Positions 27,755 through 41,599 are shown, counted from the whole stretch's first letter. The stretch is 61,993 nt of DNA, filler included, from Jimgerdemannia flammicorona (GCA_003990765.1; 3 parts of 3 records of this genome joined end to end with filler, not necessarily neighbours in it); one strand, 5' to 3'. The notes: a model not told the origin generated them from the sequence alone. Program-made: numbers and translations.

Positions 27755-29307
27755 TATCACATAGTGGTTACTGAGTCCTTCAAATATACCAGATTTTCTT
27801 CAAGATATATCTCCTAGACTAACTCAAGTTTATTATAAGCAAGTTCTTATTGAAGTATCTTTCCAAGGTCTTATAGTTCTCAAACTTCTTATCTTTAAAC
27901 TGTCTTGTTATCTCTTAGATTACTTGTAAGGAAGTATGTATATTGCACTAAGAGGAACTGACTTTATTTCAGAGGAAATAAGAGGGATATTTATACAAAA
28001 TATAATTCAATGATTGCTAAGATATAAAGCTAAATATAAATTCCAATAACTAAAATAAAATGCTAAGATAGAGAAAACTGCTAAGTTTCAGTATTGGCAC
28101 TGATGGTTGCACAGGGTCAGGATGCTGGTATAATTTTAGTAATACAGGAAAATAGTGCTGGAATAATTCAGTATCATATCAGAATGCTGGTGGTGGAATA
28201 GCTATTACATAGGAAAAGAGTGCTGGCATAATTCAGTATAACCAAGAGACTTAGAGCAGAATGTTTAAGACTATAGAGGCTTCATTCTCATCTAAGGTCA
28301 GGATGTCTTCAAAGGAGATGAGATCTGTAAATTTGTCATTATCACATAGGTTATGCATTTTACATATGTCATGTGGGATGACATCATTGCCAATGACATC
28401 ATCATGTTTGGTGGTGGAGAAATTGGGAACTCTCTAATCTATGAGGTTTTCTTCCACAAAATAGAGAATAAATATGGGGTCTTGGAGAGATCTAATCTAG
28501 ATACTTGGGTCTTAGAATACTGAAATCAATCCTTGTAGGAATTGGTCTAGGTTGTCCTGGAGAATAGGATGTCAGAAGTCTTCTACTTCATCACTATCAA
28601 GGGTGATAGTAGACTGGGCTTCTGTAGCCACCCTGACTTCTAGTATATTGATATACAGGCTGACAGATTTCTGAAGTCTGAGACTCTAATATACTCCAAG
28701 TTGGGGATTGACTATAGTGCATGTCTGAAGATCTGATGAATCTTCTTAGCTGTTCTTGCTTTACATATATCTATGGGAGTAGTATTTTGTAACTCTTGAG
28801 GGCTGGCCTGTGGGAATTCCTGGCAGAGAAGGTTTCCTATTTCATACTTCTGCCACATTTGGAGGTATTCAGTAGCAATGGTGATCCTTGTTTCCATTTT
28901 ACAGTGGTAGAGAATATAATGATAAGAGTCACCAGTACCTAGGTTGACACTAGGAGTCCTTCTTGAGTGAGTCATCATGGCTCTTCTGATGTCTTAGAAC
29001 ATCCTTTCTTCAACTGAGGTGCCTTGGTAATTTCTTGACCTTGAGGTTTGGCAAGCAGCAGGCATTTCATTTGTAGTAAGTCTTTGAGCTATTTTGGAAT
29101 TAGTGGGTCTTATTTGTTGCTGCTACTATGGTTTTTTGATCCTTCTTTTATATTTCTCAAGATGCCTATACTATGGTCACAATGACTCACAGTTTGTCAT
29201 CATTGCTTATCTTGTATGCCATATGATCTTCTTATGCTCTGATCTGATGGCTTATAAGGAAAGACTGTCTTCTGTACTGATGTCATCATTCTGGGGTCAT
29301 CATTACA
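27755..29307 (-). repeat. E3 3' LTR (1553 bp) containing the accessory ORF
   Basis: Colinear with 34948-36501. ORF core 28712-28978 WQKYEIGNLL...AKKIHQIFRH. Confidence 0.95.
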
Positions 29308-29565
29308 TCTTCTTTCTTAATCCTATAACCTCTAGCAAGGAGTCAAAAAGTAGTATTTATGAGCTGGCATCTTCCCTATGTATTTTGGCATAATGGTGAA
29401 GGGTTGCTCCCTTTATATAGAGCAAGAACCTGATTTTGATCTTGACCAATCAGTTGATGGTTTAAACTTCTCTGGCTTTGAAAGTCTCATAGATGAGTAG
29501 TTACTGATACTGTATCTCTTAGAGAATGGTCCAGACAGATAGCCTGCTAGTCATGGGACATGCTG

Positions 29566-30813
29566 TTATGATTTACAGACTAGAACCTTGCAGATAGTTA
29601 TCACATTTTGCTTCTCTTGTATAGATTCATGATACTTCTTGAGTCTGTTCCTATATACTATGGTAGGCAGTATGGTCTCTGAGACTTTTCTAAGCTAGAA
29701 GGTAGTTCTCTTGATATCTTGCACATAGAAGAGTCCTTCCCATTTGGGCTCCAGTTTTTATAACCATGAGGCTTCTATCATATTTTGATACAGTAGGACC
29801 TTTTCTCCAATTTGGATGAGTTCTAGGATCTTGTAATTCTTTTCTGCATTCTTCCTTATCAGCACTTGTAACTTGATGATATAATCTTCAGCCTTCTTCC
29901 TGATTTGGTGTAGTCTCCAGATTTCTGAGTCAATCTATCTCCAAGTTAGGTCTAGATTTGTAGCTGAGGTTCCATCAGAATCTTCTTCTCTAAAGAGCAG
30001 TTCTCTTGGGATAAAGTGTGTACTCTGTAACTGTATATCTCATAGGACAGAGAGGGCAGTTGGGAGGTAGTTATTCCAATTTTTGTATGTGTCTGAGATC
30101 TTTGCCAGAATGTTCTTGAGAGTCTTATTGGTTCTCTCTGTTTGTCTATTTTCTTGAGGATGGTATACAGTGGTCTTGATGTGCTGGATCTTGTATTTCT
30201 GATACATTATCTCATAGAATCTATTGACAAATTCTGTGCTGTAGTTTGTTGTGATTTGCTTCAGTATCTTGTAGTGGCAGATGATTTCTTAGTACAGGAT
30301 GTCAGCTATAGAGAGGGCATTGGCTTCTTGTAATACTCCTGCTTCTATCTATTTGGTAAAGAGGTCTACAATAACTATAATATAGTGGTTTTCTGATAGT
30401 GTTACTGATAGTGGCCCAATGATATCTATTGCAATATGGTGAAAGGAGATAGGCTTAATTCTTAATGACTCAGGTATCTGGTCTTACTGATTTTATTTCT
30501 GTTTTTGGCACTTATCATACTCTTTGACAAATTGATATAGGTCTTCTTCTATTTTGGGCTACTATATAGTTCTTCTTGCCTTGTCATATATATTGGTTCC
30601 TCCTAGGTATTCTTGTTTGTATACTTTCTTCATTACTTGATACTTTTTGTATTTAGGTATTATAAGTTTTTCTCCTTTTCTGAGTATGGTGTTGTCTAGT
30701 TCAAACTGTTTCCAAGTCTGGTTGATGATAGTAATTGTCCAGGGTTTGAGGTGGTTGGACATCTTCCACTACTCAAGATAGCTGCTTAATCTATAGTATA
30801 ACACCTTATTCAT
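29566..30813 (-). pseudogene. E3 integrase, separate ORF
   Basis: ATG AAT AAG start at 30813. YLGGTNIYDKARRTI, IAIDIIGP, KLEPKWEG. No chromodomain seen. Confidence 0.85.
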
Positions 30814-33800
30814 GTTGAATAGTCTTGATGGGGGTATTTCAGGGTGTCCTTTAGAGTGCATCAGTATTGGTATTAATTCTTCCTGAGTGGTGCTTGACAG
30901 TACAGTCATACTCTTGCAGCCTGTAGATCCATCTGGCATATATTTCTTTGGGGTTCAGAGTGTGGAATAGCCAGGCAAGAGCAGAATAGTCTATTTGAAT
31001 GGTGAAGTATTTCTCAGCTAGGTAGTAGTAGAACTTATCTACTGCCCAAACTACTGCTAAGTATTTGAGCTTACATGACTTGTAGTTCTGTTCTACTTCA
31101 TAGGTATCTTGGCTTGTATAGGAGATGATATATTCATATCTATCTTTCTTCTATACTAGGACTGCTCCAAGTTCTATAGCACTTGCATCTGTCTGCAGGA
31201 TGAACTCTAGGTTCCAATCTGATCTTCTGAGGATGGGTGCTTGGGTCAATCTGGTCTTAAGTTTATTGAAGGTTTCTTGGTATTCCTTAGTCCATTCAAA
31301 TTTGATTTCCTTCTTCAGTAGCTTGTAGATAGGTGCTGCAATATTGGAGTATCCTTTGATGAATCTTCTATAGTAACTGGCCAATCCAAGGAAGGCATGG
31401 ACTTCTGTAGTTGTTCTGGGTCTCGGGTAGGCTACAATAGCCTCAATCTTCATAGAGTCTGTGTAGATTTCAGTCTGGTTGATGAGGTGTCCTAGGTAGG
31501 TAATTTCCTGAGCTACAAACTTGTATTTCTTGGGCTTGATGTAGAGGCTGTGCTCCTTGAGCTTCTTGAGGGCTAGCTGTATATAGTTGATATATTCCTA
31601 TGCAGTATTGCTGAAGATGATTACATCATCAATATAGACAAAGAGCTATTTTCTAATCTTGTTGCTGAAGACTCTGTTCATCATTCTCTGAAAACTTGCT
31701 GGAGTATTACACATTCCAAATGACATTTTCAGGTAGATATAAGTAGTATCAGGTGTAATAAAGGCTAATTTCTCACTGGCATCTTAAGTGAGACCAATCT
31801 GATGGAAGCCTGAGAACAGATCTAAGGTGGTGTAGTATTTGGCTTTACTTCCAAGAGTAGTAAGGATTTCTTGAATATTTGGCAAGAGCTGTCTATCCTT
31901 CTTGGCAATTGTATTGAGCTTCCTGTAGTCAATATAGAGTCTTGGTGCAAACTCTCTAGGCTTGCTTCCTTTCTTTGGGGCAAGGATAATGGGTGAAGCC
32001 CAGGGACTAATAGCTTGCTTGATGATTCTGGCTTCTTCTATTTCCTTGAGTTCTGCTTGCAGCCATTCTCTGTAGACAGGTGGTATAGGTCTGGCTTTCT
32101 GATAGATAGGTTTGGTATCATTAGTATCAACTTTATGATAGTACTTGGGTTCTTGATTATGGATATTCCTGAAGTCTGTAGCAAGTACTTCTTCATTCTA
32201 GTACAGGATCTTGAGAAGTTGTTCTTCCAGGGGAAAGTTTTCTCTAATGGTATATATGTACTTGTTCTGGTCCTTGTCTTTCTTGTACTCAAGTTTGGTA
32301 ATCTTGATAGTGGCATAGGCTCCTCTTCCAGTAGATCCAAAGCCTTGTTCTCTCTTAGTCTTGATGAGTTCAATGGCTTCCATGATCTTGGACTTCTTGA
32401 TTTCATGGATTAGTATCTGGCCAATCCTGTCATACTTCTTGACTTCAAATAGAGTGGTGGGGTTGTGATTTCTGACTATAAGAAAGATCTCACCAGTATA
32501 ATCAGGGTCAATTACTTCTCCTTCAACTGAGATTTTGCTTTTGGCCAGACTGCTCCTGGTCTTGATAATTTCAGTATGGTTCTCTGATAACTTGACTTCA
32601 ATTCCAGTGCTAAGTAGAGTAGTGGTCTGTAGTTCAAGGATAGCATCTTGAATACTGACAAGGTCCATTTCTATGGCTCCTTCAGTTTTGTATTCTGGGA
32701 TCTTGGCTTTGGGATAAAACTTCTTAACCTTGAGGGTGATGTCTGGTTCTTGTTTCTCCTCATTATCACTATCAGCTTGAAGCTCTGGGAGCTGGTCATC
32801 TTCTTCAGCTTTCCTTTTTGCTTCAGTAGCTTCTTGCTTATACTTCTGTTGGCAGATTTTTCTGACTTCACTGATATAGGACCAGCAGTCATTCAGGTGT
32901 TCAGAGCAGTACATCCTAGTACCATGGGAATATCTTCCTTGAGAGACATAGTCATTGATGATCTTGTTATACTACTGCTCATCTGTAAGCTTGGGTGTCT
33001 TGTTCTTATTCTTGTTTACTGAATACATGAAGACTTCTGTGTCCTCTTCATCTCCTTTCTCTATGTCTGATAGAACTCCTTTATGGACATTAATAGAGAA
33101 TCGTACCTTTTTTCCTCTATAGTTGATCTGCATCTTCTGGGCATTGAGATCAATGATGGTTTTGACCTTGTGAAGCCATTGGTTGCCAATAAGGATGTCA
33201 TAGTTGGTGGCACTTGTAACAATCACATCTACTGGGATGGTAGCTTCTTCTATCTTGATGGAGACTTCTCAGATTTTGCCAAGAGGGGTAGCTTGTGTAC
33301 CATCTGCTGTAATATAGACCATCTTGGTGAACTCTTCAATGTCTCATCCTAGGCAGTCAATTGTCTTCTTGCTTATAAGGCATCCTCCAGTACTGGTATT
33401 GATGATGTATCAAAGATATAATCTTCAATCTGATATGGAGTATAGGCTGATGTCTTGCACTGGTCTTTGGATTCTTTGCCTGAGTCTTCAGATTCTCCTT
33501 GTGTATTGTGAGCTTCTACAATCTTATACTCTTGATTCTTGGTAGTAGTTGTAAGTCCTACTCTCAACTGCTGTCTGAAGGCAGGGACTTCAGCTAGCTA
33601 TCTAAAAGTAGTATTAACCTTCTATTTCTTGAGATCCTTATAGATATCATACTTGTGGATCTTGGTCTTACACAGCTTCTGTTCCTTTTTGCTTTTGCTT
33701 TCTCCTGAGACTAGAGTAATACCTTCAATGATTTGGTAGGCAGTTTTATCTAACTCCATATCTTAATCAATCTCCTCAGGTTGGGTCTTGCTTTGATTAG

Positions 33801-34827
33801 TGATAGCTGGGGTCTTCTTTGGTCTTCCAACTGGCTTGCTGTTACTCTTCTTGTCATAGGGCTTGGACTGAGTTCTGGTATCTTCAGTAGCAGGATAGAA
33901 TTCAAGCTCCTCATAGTATTCTTCATTATCAGTGTCACCAATCTCCTTGATGACTACTGTATTGGTTTGTTCTCTGGTTCTGCTAGCATTGCTTAGTTGG
34001 ACTTTGTGTCTTGTTTCAGTCATGCAATTCTTTGTATAGTGGTCTTTTTCTCCACATCTGAAGTATATGATATTGTATTCTTCTATAGCAGCTGTAAATC
34101 TCTACACTGGTCTTCTGTTGGCACTTCAGACTTCTCTAACAACATTATTAAGGTGTGCAGTCATCTTGGCAAACTGCTTGGTGAGTTCCTCCACTGGGTC
34201 AGCTTTGGCTATCTTGGGGGTAGGTAGGGATGGTTATCTGTTTACAACTGTAGCAGGTATGATACTGGTTGGCTTTGATAGCTCTATCTTGATACTAGTT
34301 ATTTTCTCCATTGAGTATTTGGCAGGGTGTCTGATAGTTCAATATCTCTGTACAAAGACCACTTTCTGATCAAGAGTGAATATAGCTAGGGTAGACCAGA
34401 TTTCTAGGGCAATTTTAGGGTGAACTCCTTTGAGGAAGATTGAATCTACTATGTATTCCTTGAGGGTATCATCATAGTCAGCCAAGACAATCTGGTGGCA
34501 GATTTAGATATAGAATGAGTTGGGATCTTCACTGAGTCTCTGGCAGATAGTATTGAGTTGATCCTTAAGAGCTTGCTTGATCTCTTCAATATAATATGTT
34601 GTTCTGAGGAAGGCCTTTATGTTGGCAAGTTTGGCTATACTATTATTAGCAATAGTGGTTGCATTGAACTTGTCTCTGGTAGATCCTCTGAAGCTGACTG
34701 ATAGAAGAGTCAATTGTGCATCTATACTAAGGGCTCATATAGCAGCAAATTGTTCAAAGTCTTCAATGAAGGTCAGGATTGACTTTTTAGTAGTATATCT
34801 ATAGAATGTGGGTGGACATATTTCTAT
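30806..34827 (-). pseudogene. E3 gag-PR-dUTPase-RT-RNaseH
   Basis: Capsid remnant. CCHC remnant ~34050. YDILIGNQWL. dUTPase (RSSLA, EVIDPDYTGEI, GFGSTG) 32330-32735. YIDD, AFLGLASYYRRFI, LQTDAS. Confidence 0.92.
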
Positions 34828-34947
34828 CTTAACTTAAATTCTTATAGAGGTGACTCTTGTAGTCAGGGTAGTTATTGTGGTAGTTGTTTGTTTTTCAGCT
34901 TAAAAGTAAGAGATTCATCTTGAATCATCAGCCAATAGGTACCAAGT

Positions 34948-36501
34948 TGTTATGTAGTGGTCGCTGAGTCCTTCAAATATACCAGATTCTCTTTAAGGTA
35001 TATCTCTTAGACTAACTCAAGTTTGTTATAAGCAAGTTCTTATTGGAGTACCTTCCCAAGGTCTTATAGTCCTCAAAATTCTTATCTTTAAACTGTCTTG
35101 TTATCTCTTAGATTACTTATAAGGAAGTGTATATATTGCACTGAGAGGAACTGACTTTATTTTAGAGGAAATAAGAGAGATATTTATACAAAATATAATT
35201 TAATGGTTGCTAATATATAAAGCTAAATATAAATTCCAATAACTAAAATAAAATACCAGGATAGAGAAAACTGCTAAGTTTCAGTTTCAGTACTGATGGT
35301 TGTATAGGGTCAAGATACTGGTATAATTTTGGTAATACAGAAAAATAGTACTGGAATAATTTAGTGTCACATCAGAATACTGGTAGTAGAACAGCTGTTA
35401 TACAGGAAAAGAGTGCTAGTATAATTCAGTATAACCAAGGGACTTAGAGCAGAATATTCAAGACCATAGGGGCTTCATCCTCATCTAAGATCAGGATGTC
35501 TTCAAAGGAGATAAGATCTATGAATTCATCATTGTTATATAGATTGCATGTTTTGCATATATTATGTGGGATGATGTCATCACTGATGATGTCATTACAT
35601 TTGGCAGCAGGAAAATTGGAGGCTCTCTAATCTATGAGGTTTTCTTCCACAAAATAGAGAACAAATATGGAGTCTTAGGGAGGTCTAATCTAGATGCTTG
35701 GGCCTTGGAATACTGAGATCAATCCTTACAGGAATTGGTCTGGGTTGTCTTGGAGGATGGGATGCCAGAAGTCTTCTACTTTATTATTATTAAGGGTAAT
35801 AGTAGACTGGGCTTCTGTAGCCACTCTAGCTTCTAGTATATTGATATGATGGGCTGATAGATCTCTGAAGTCTGAGACTCTAACATACTCCAAGTTGGGG
35901 ATTAACTATAGTATATGTCTGAAGATCTGATGAATCTTCTTAGCTGTCCTTACTTCACATATATTCATAGGAGTAGCATCTTGTAACTCTTGAGGGCTGG
36001 TCTGTGGGAACTTCTAGCAGAGGATATTTCCTATTTCATACTCCTACCATATTTGGAGATATTCAGTAGCAATGGTGATCCTTGTTTCCATTTTATAGTA
36101 GTAGAGAATATAATGATAAGGGTCACTAGTACCCAGGTTGACACTAGGAGTCCTTCTTGAGCAGGTCCTCATGGCTCTTCTGATATCTTAGAACATCCTT
36201 TCTTTGACTTAGGTAACTTGGTAGTTCCTTGACCTTAAGGTTTGATAAGCAGCAGGCATTTTATTTGTGGTAAGTCTTTGAGCTATTTTGGGATTAGTGG
36301 GTCTTATTGGTTACTGCTACTATAGTTTCTTGATCCTTCTTTTATATTCCTCAAGATATCTATACTGTGGTTACAATAACTCATAGTTGGTCATCATTGC
36401 TCATCTTATATGCCATATGATCTTCTTATACTCTGATCTAGTAGCTTGCAAGAAAAGACTGTCTCCTGTACTGATTTCATCATTCTGAGGTCATTATTAT
36501 A
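34948..36501 (-). repeat. E3 5' LTR (1554 bp)
   Basis: Colinear with 27755-29307. Confidence 0.95.
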
Positions 36502-36959
36502 ATAGTAAAATAGTAGTAGTCTTCCTTCAGATACTATTATCTCAGAGATTGTATAATATATAGTTGTTTCTTCTATATATAATATCACTAAGATAAGTGA
36601 ACTTAGTAATTAGTTTATAGGTTTGTAGTTTTAATAGAGTTATTACTAAGTCTTTTGCAGTAATTTACAATAGACTTAATGTTCTTAGTAGTGGATTCTA
36701 GGGTTACTAGTATTAGGTTTGAGTATTTCTTCTAGGTTGGAATAATATAGTAGAGACTTTACTATGTTCAGCAGTTTATAATCCTCACTATTAGATTATC
36801 TTTACTTATATATAGAAGACTTAGTAATAGAGATGTAATTTTCTTTAATTAGTATAATATCTCTTATAGTTCAGAAAGGTCTTGACTTTATAGTAGTAAT
36901 TATTAGAGAGGAGATTCAAAAAATGTTTACTTATAGTTTTAATAGATACTCTTATATAT

Positions 36960-37426
36960 TGTAACATAGCAGATACTTACTCTTGAAAGTACATCAGATT
37001 TCTGTATCTTGAAAACTTGACTGTTCTGACTCTTGCAGAGTCTCTTGAAATTGCAGGGGAGGGCAGGTGAGTTTGAAGTATATCTGCCTGTAGGCTTACT
37101 AGTTCCTTTGCTATCTCTTTACTTTGAACTATTTCGATCTGAGGTTTATTTACTCGAAGATACTGGGTTATTTATACAAGTTTGCTAGCTATGAGATAGT
37201 TACTGGGTTACATGGCTAAGTTATGAGTCATTTAACACTTTGTGAAATATTTCACCAGTTGCAAAATGCTATACTATATTGGGAAGCTCAATCTTGTGCT
37301 TTGCGAAATATTCAGCAGATGGCAAAATCAAGAACTGTTAACTATGTGGCTATACTACTTTGGAACTGGGTGCAATCAAGTATCTATTCCCTATTTCCTT
37401 CTTCTGAATTTAGCTATACCATCACA
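36960..37426 (-). repeat. E4 3' LTR (~467 bp, single copy in window)
   Basis: TG...CA ends after the PPT. Contains CTAGCAAACTTGTATAAATAACCCA...GAGTAAATAAACCTC, shared with the E5 LTR. Confidence 0.75.
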
Positions 37427-37463
37427 ACTTCCTTCTGAATAGATGATCTCATCCTTAAGGCAT

Positions 37464-37917
37464 CTATTCAAACTCTCAAGCTTCAATGGTCTGTATGGTC
37501 TTGTATTGTGCGATTTATTGCATTACTGTTTCCCAATGGTATCATCTGACTCAGTCAAAGTCTGAGAGAGTCACTTCTTGCAGGTGGGCTAGTGCTGATT
37601 CATCCTCTCAGAATAGCTTGTGGATTCTCTTAGCAATGGTGATCTGGGAATAGGAGAGCTGACATTCTGCGATCCAATTCTCTTTGGTTATTTCTGGGTC
37701 TTGGTTGAGTACTTGGCTAAGTTTGAAGTACTCTTGAAATTCATTTCAATGCTGATAGGTCTTAAAGTGTGAGATTCGAGAGAGATGAGTCTGTATGATG
37801 CTTTGGATACTGTCATAAGACTCCTCTATGGTCAGAGGTGCACCATTGTCTTTTGATGGCTCTTTGGGCAGTGCTAGTGATCTTGAGTACCATCGCAGTA
37901 CTTTTGTTACTGGCCAT
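37464..37917 (-). pseudogene. E4 accessory ORF3
   Basis: FQEYFKLSQVL...ITIAKRIHKLF*EDESALAHLQEVTLSDFD. Stops are mostly TGA, consistent with CGA. The start needs a frameshift or is uncertain. Confidence 0.75.
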
Positions 37918-39100
37918 GATGTTTCTTGAGTCGGTTTCAGTGAATGGTAGTGGGGATTATTGTGCCTGAGGGTTTTTGTAGCCAAAAGGTGGTCCCTTTT
38001 ATATCTTGCACCAGGTAAGGTCCTTCCCACTTGGGCTCCAGTTTTTGTGACCATGAAGCTTCAACCATATTCCGATACACTAGGACTTTGTCTCCTATCT
38101 TGATAATCTCCAAGGGTTTATGGGTCTTTTCCACATTCCTCTGTTGTAGTGTCTGCACCTTGGTTATGTAATCCTCAGCCTTCTTCCTGATTTGGTATAG
38201 TCTCTATATTTCCATATTCACATGTTTCCATATAGCATCTTCATTGGATGATAGGGTTCCCTGAGAACATTTTTCTCTGAACAGCATTTCTTGAGAGATA
38301 AAGTGGGTACTCTGTGATCAGATATCCCAGAGAGTGGATAATGCTATTGGCAGATAGTGATCCCAGTTCTCATAGTTATTACAGATCTTGGCAATAATGT
38401 TCTTGAGGGTTTTGTTGATCCTTTCTACTTGTCTGTTTCCTTGAGAGTGATATACTATGGTCTGAATATGCTGGATCTTGTACTTCTTGTAGAGAACTTC
38501 GAAGAACTGGTTCATGAATTCTTTTCCTCTATCTGTAGTTACTTGTGTTGGGGTCTTGAACCAGCAGATGATTTCCTTGTAGAAGAAATCGGCGATTGAC
38601 TGTGCATTGGCTTCCATAAGGGGTCCCGCTTCTATCCATTTTGTAAAAAGGTCTACAATGATGATAATGTATCAGTTGCCAGTCAAAGTCAAGAGTAGAG
38701 GGCCAATTACATCCATTGTGATGTGGGCGAATGGTACTGGTTCTATGTGTGCTGATCCTGGGGCTCAATTTTGTTGGTCTTGTTTCTGTTTCTGGCATTT
38801 GTCACAGGTCTTGATGAATTGTCTGATATCTTCCTCCATCTCTGGCCACTATATTGTTCTTCTTGCCTTGTCATATATATTCATTCCTCCTAGATGGCCG
38901 AGTTCATATACTGATTTCATCACTTGCTCCTTCTTGTGTTCTGGTATGACTAGTAGTTTTCCTTTCTTTAGTATTTCTCTATCAGTTTCGAATTGTTTCT
39001 ATATTCTGTTGATAATTATTTGTGTCCATTCTTTCAGATGTTGGGGCATCTTTCACTGTCTCAGGTATGTGATAATTCCATAGTAGAGCTCTTTATTCAT
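37907..39100 (-). pseudogene. E4 integrase, separate ORF
   Basis: MNKELYYG start in frame with GHLGG and WPEM..CDKCQ. Also TTDRGKEF, HSQGNRQVER and KLEPKWEGPY. Confidence 0.9.
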
Positions 39101-41276
39101 GATAATTTTGCAGAGGTAGAGTCCTTTGGGATGTCTGTGAGAGGGCATCAGCATTGGCATTGGTTCTTCCAGAGTAGTGTACAATGGTTACATCATAAGC
39201 TTGCAACTTCATTATCCATCTGGTATAGATTCCTTTGGGTTGTCCAGTTGTCAGTAGCCAGGTGAGAGCTGAGTGGTCTGTTTGGATGGTGAAGTGTCTT
39301 CCAGCCAAGTAGTAGTGGAACTTTTCTATGGCCCAGATGACTGCGAGGCATTCCAACTTATAGAATTCATATTCTTTTTCAGCTCCTCAGGTTCCATGGC
39401 TGAGGTATGCAATGATATACTCCACTTTATCTTTCTTTTGAGCTAGAACTGCTCCTAGTTCTTGTGCACTTACATCAGTCTGTAGGATGAATTCTTGAGG
39501 CCAGTCAGGTCTTCTGAGGATGGATGCCTGGGTCAGTCTGACCTTGAGTTCATCAAATGCTTTTTGTTGTCTGCCAGTCCACTGGAACTTAGTATCCTTC
39601 TTGTTAAGTTCGTAGATTGGTCCTACAATATTAGAAAATCCTCTAATAAATCTGTGATAATAGGAGGTGAGTCCCATGAAGACTTGGGCTTCTGTAACAG
39701 TGGTGGGTCTTGGGTATGCTGCCACTGCTTATATCTTGAGGGGGTCCATGTATATTCCATCTTAGTTAATGATGTGGCTGAGATAGGAGATCTCAATTTC
39801 TGTGAATTTATATTTTTTGGGCTTAATGTATAGGCTATGCTTTCTCAGTCTTTCTATTATCTGCTGGATGTGCTGTAGGTGTTCTTCTGGTGTCTGGCTG
39901 TAGATGATTATATCATCAACATAGACCATCATCTATCTTCCCATGTCATGGTGGAAGATTTTGTTTATCATTTGCTAGAAACTTGCAGGTGTATTGCACA
40001 TTCCAAATGACATCCATAGGTAGATGTAGGTTCCGTCTGGAGTGATGAAGGCTGACTTTTCACTTGCCATTTCTGTGAGTCTGATTTGATGGAATTCTGA
40101 GTATAAGTCTAAGGTGCTGTAGTACTGTGCTTCATCTCCCAGTATTATAAGGATGTTACTAATGAGTGGCAGTGGTTGGCGATCCTTCTTGGTAACTGTA
40201 TTGAGCTTTTTGTAGTCAATATAGAGCCTTGAGGCGAATTCTCCAGGTTTGCTTCCTTTTTTCGGGGCTAGTATGACTGGTGAAGACCAGGGGCTGCTGG
40301 CTTCTTTAATGATGCTGGCTTCTTCCATCTGCTTGATTTCTTCTCTGAGCCATTCTCGGTAGGCTGGCAGGATAGGTCTTGCCTTCTGGTAAATTGGTTC
40401 AGTGTCTTTGGTATCTACCTCATGATAGTAGTGTGGAGTCTTTCCCTTGATGTCCTTGAAATCTGTGGCAAGGACATCTTCGAATTCATGGAGTATTTTC
40501 TTGAGTGGAAATTCGTTTCCAATGGTGTAGCTGTGCTTGCTTGTGTTTTTCTCTTTCTTATGCTTGAGTTCGGTGATCTTGGTACTGGCAAATACTCCTC
40601 TTCCTATAGATCCAAATCTTTTCTTTCCTCTTTTCATTTCTTCCAGATTCTTGACTTCTATGATCCTTGGTTGTAGGATTAGAAAGATCAACATTTGCAC
40701 CAATTGGTCCTTCTTCTTGACTGGAAATGGGATTGTAGGATTGTGATTCCTAGCAATGAGTAGAATTTCTCCAGTATAGTCTGAATCGATGACTCCTCCT
40801 TCAATTGCAATTTTGCTTCTAGCCAGACTGCTTCTTGTCTTGAGAATCCCGACATGATCCTTTAGAATGGTCATCTCCAGTCTAGTTGCAAGTAGGGTGG
40901 TTGTCTGAGGTTCCAGTACAGTCTCTTCTACTGTAGTGATGTCCATTCTGGCTGCATTTTCTGACTTGTATTCTGGCAAGACTGTATCAGGGTGGATCTT
41001 TCGAATTTTGACCTTGATTTCTTCTTCATCATCACTGTCCTCCAGGAGGGCTGGTGGTTCATCATCTTCCTTCTTCTCTTCTTCCCTGATCTGTTTTTCA
41101 AGAGCTTTCTGCCTTCTTTCCTGGTGGATCTTCTTGATTCTGATGGTGTACTGGTAGCAATTATTGACATACTCCATACAGTACATCTTGATCCCATGAG
41201 GACAGACTCCTTGTGGTGTATAGCCTTCTGTGATCTTCTTGCACCATTCTTCTTCACTCATCCATCCAACTTTCTT
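39093..41276 (-). pseudogene. E4 dUTPase-RT-RNaseH
   Basis: 428-aa ORF with RSSLA, GGVIDSDYTGEI and RGKKRFGSIG, then SPWSSPV and IDYKKLN. RH ends NADALSQTSQRTLPLQNYHE*. Confidence 0.95.
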
Positions 41277-41296
41277 CTTCTTTTTTTTTTTTTTTT

Positions 41297-41396
41297 NNNN
41301 NNNNNNNNNNNNNNNNNNNNNNNNNNNNNNNNNNNNNNNNTTAATTAATTAANNNNNNNNNNNNNNNNNNNNNNNNNNNNNNNNNNNNNNNNNNNN
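41297..41396. other. Assembly gap with TTAATTAATTAA spacer
   Basis: 100-nt N block with linker at 41341-41352. Confidence 0.97.
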
Positions 41397-41599
41397 AAAA
41401 AAAAAGAAGCATAGGGAGGAGTAGAGTATGGAAAAATAGCAAAGAGTAACAAGCTTACAAAATTCACTCTAAGTTTGCTTGGAAGTCACTCAGTCAATCA
41501 GAGTTAGCCATTTTAATGATATCACCAATTTTGATGATATCATAACCAATCATAGTCTTCAAATTTTTGCAGACAAATTTGCCTACATTTGTCTATAGT

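Larger units (their letters stand above)
27755..36501 (-). mobile_element. E3: full-length degenerate Ty3/Gypsy element with dUTPase
   Basis: LTRs 34948-36501 and 27755-29307. Perfect 4-bp TSD ATAG (27751-54, 36502-05). PPT AAGAAAGAAGA. TGG-starting PBS candidate just below 34948. Confidence 0.96.
36960..41296 (-). mobile_element. E4: 3' part of a Gypsy element (dUTPase-RT-RH, IN, ORF3, short LTR), cut by the gap
   Basis: Pol related to E3. PPT AGAAGGAAGT then TGTGATGG. LTR ends GTTACA with flank ATAT. Confidence 0.92.

Noticed and set aside
20699..41296. E2 and E4 as two halves of one element
   Set aside because: Their LTRs are unrelated in size and sequence, E2 belongs to the E5 family, and their order is incompatible.
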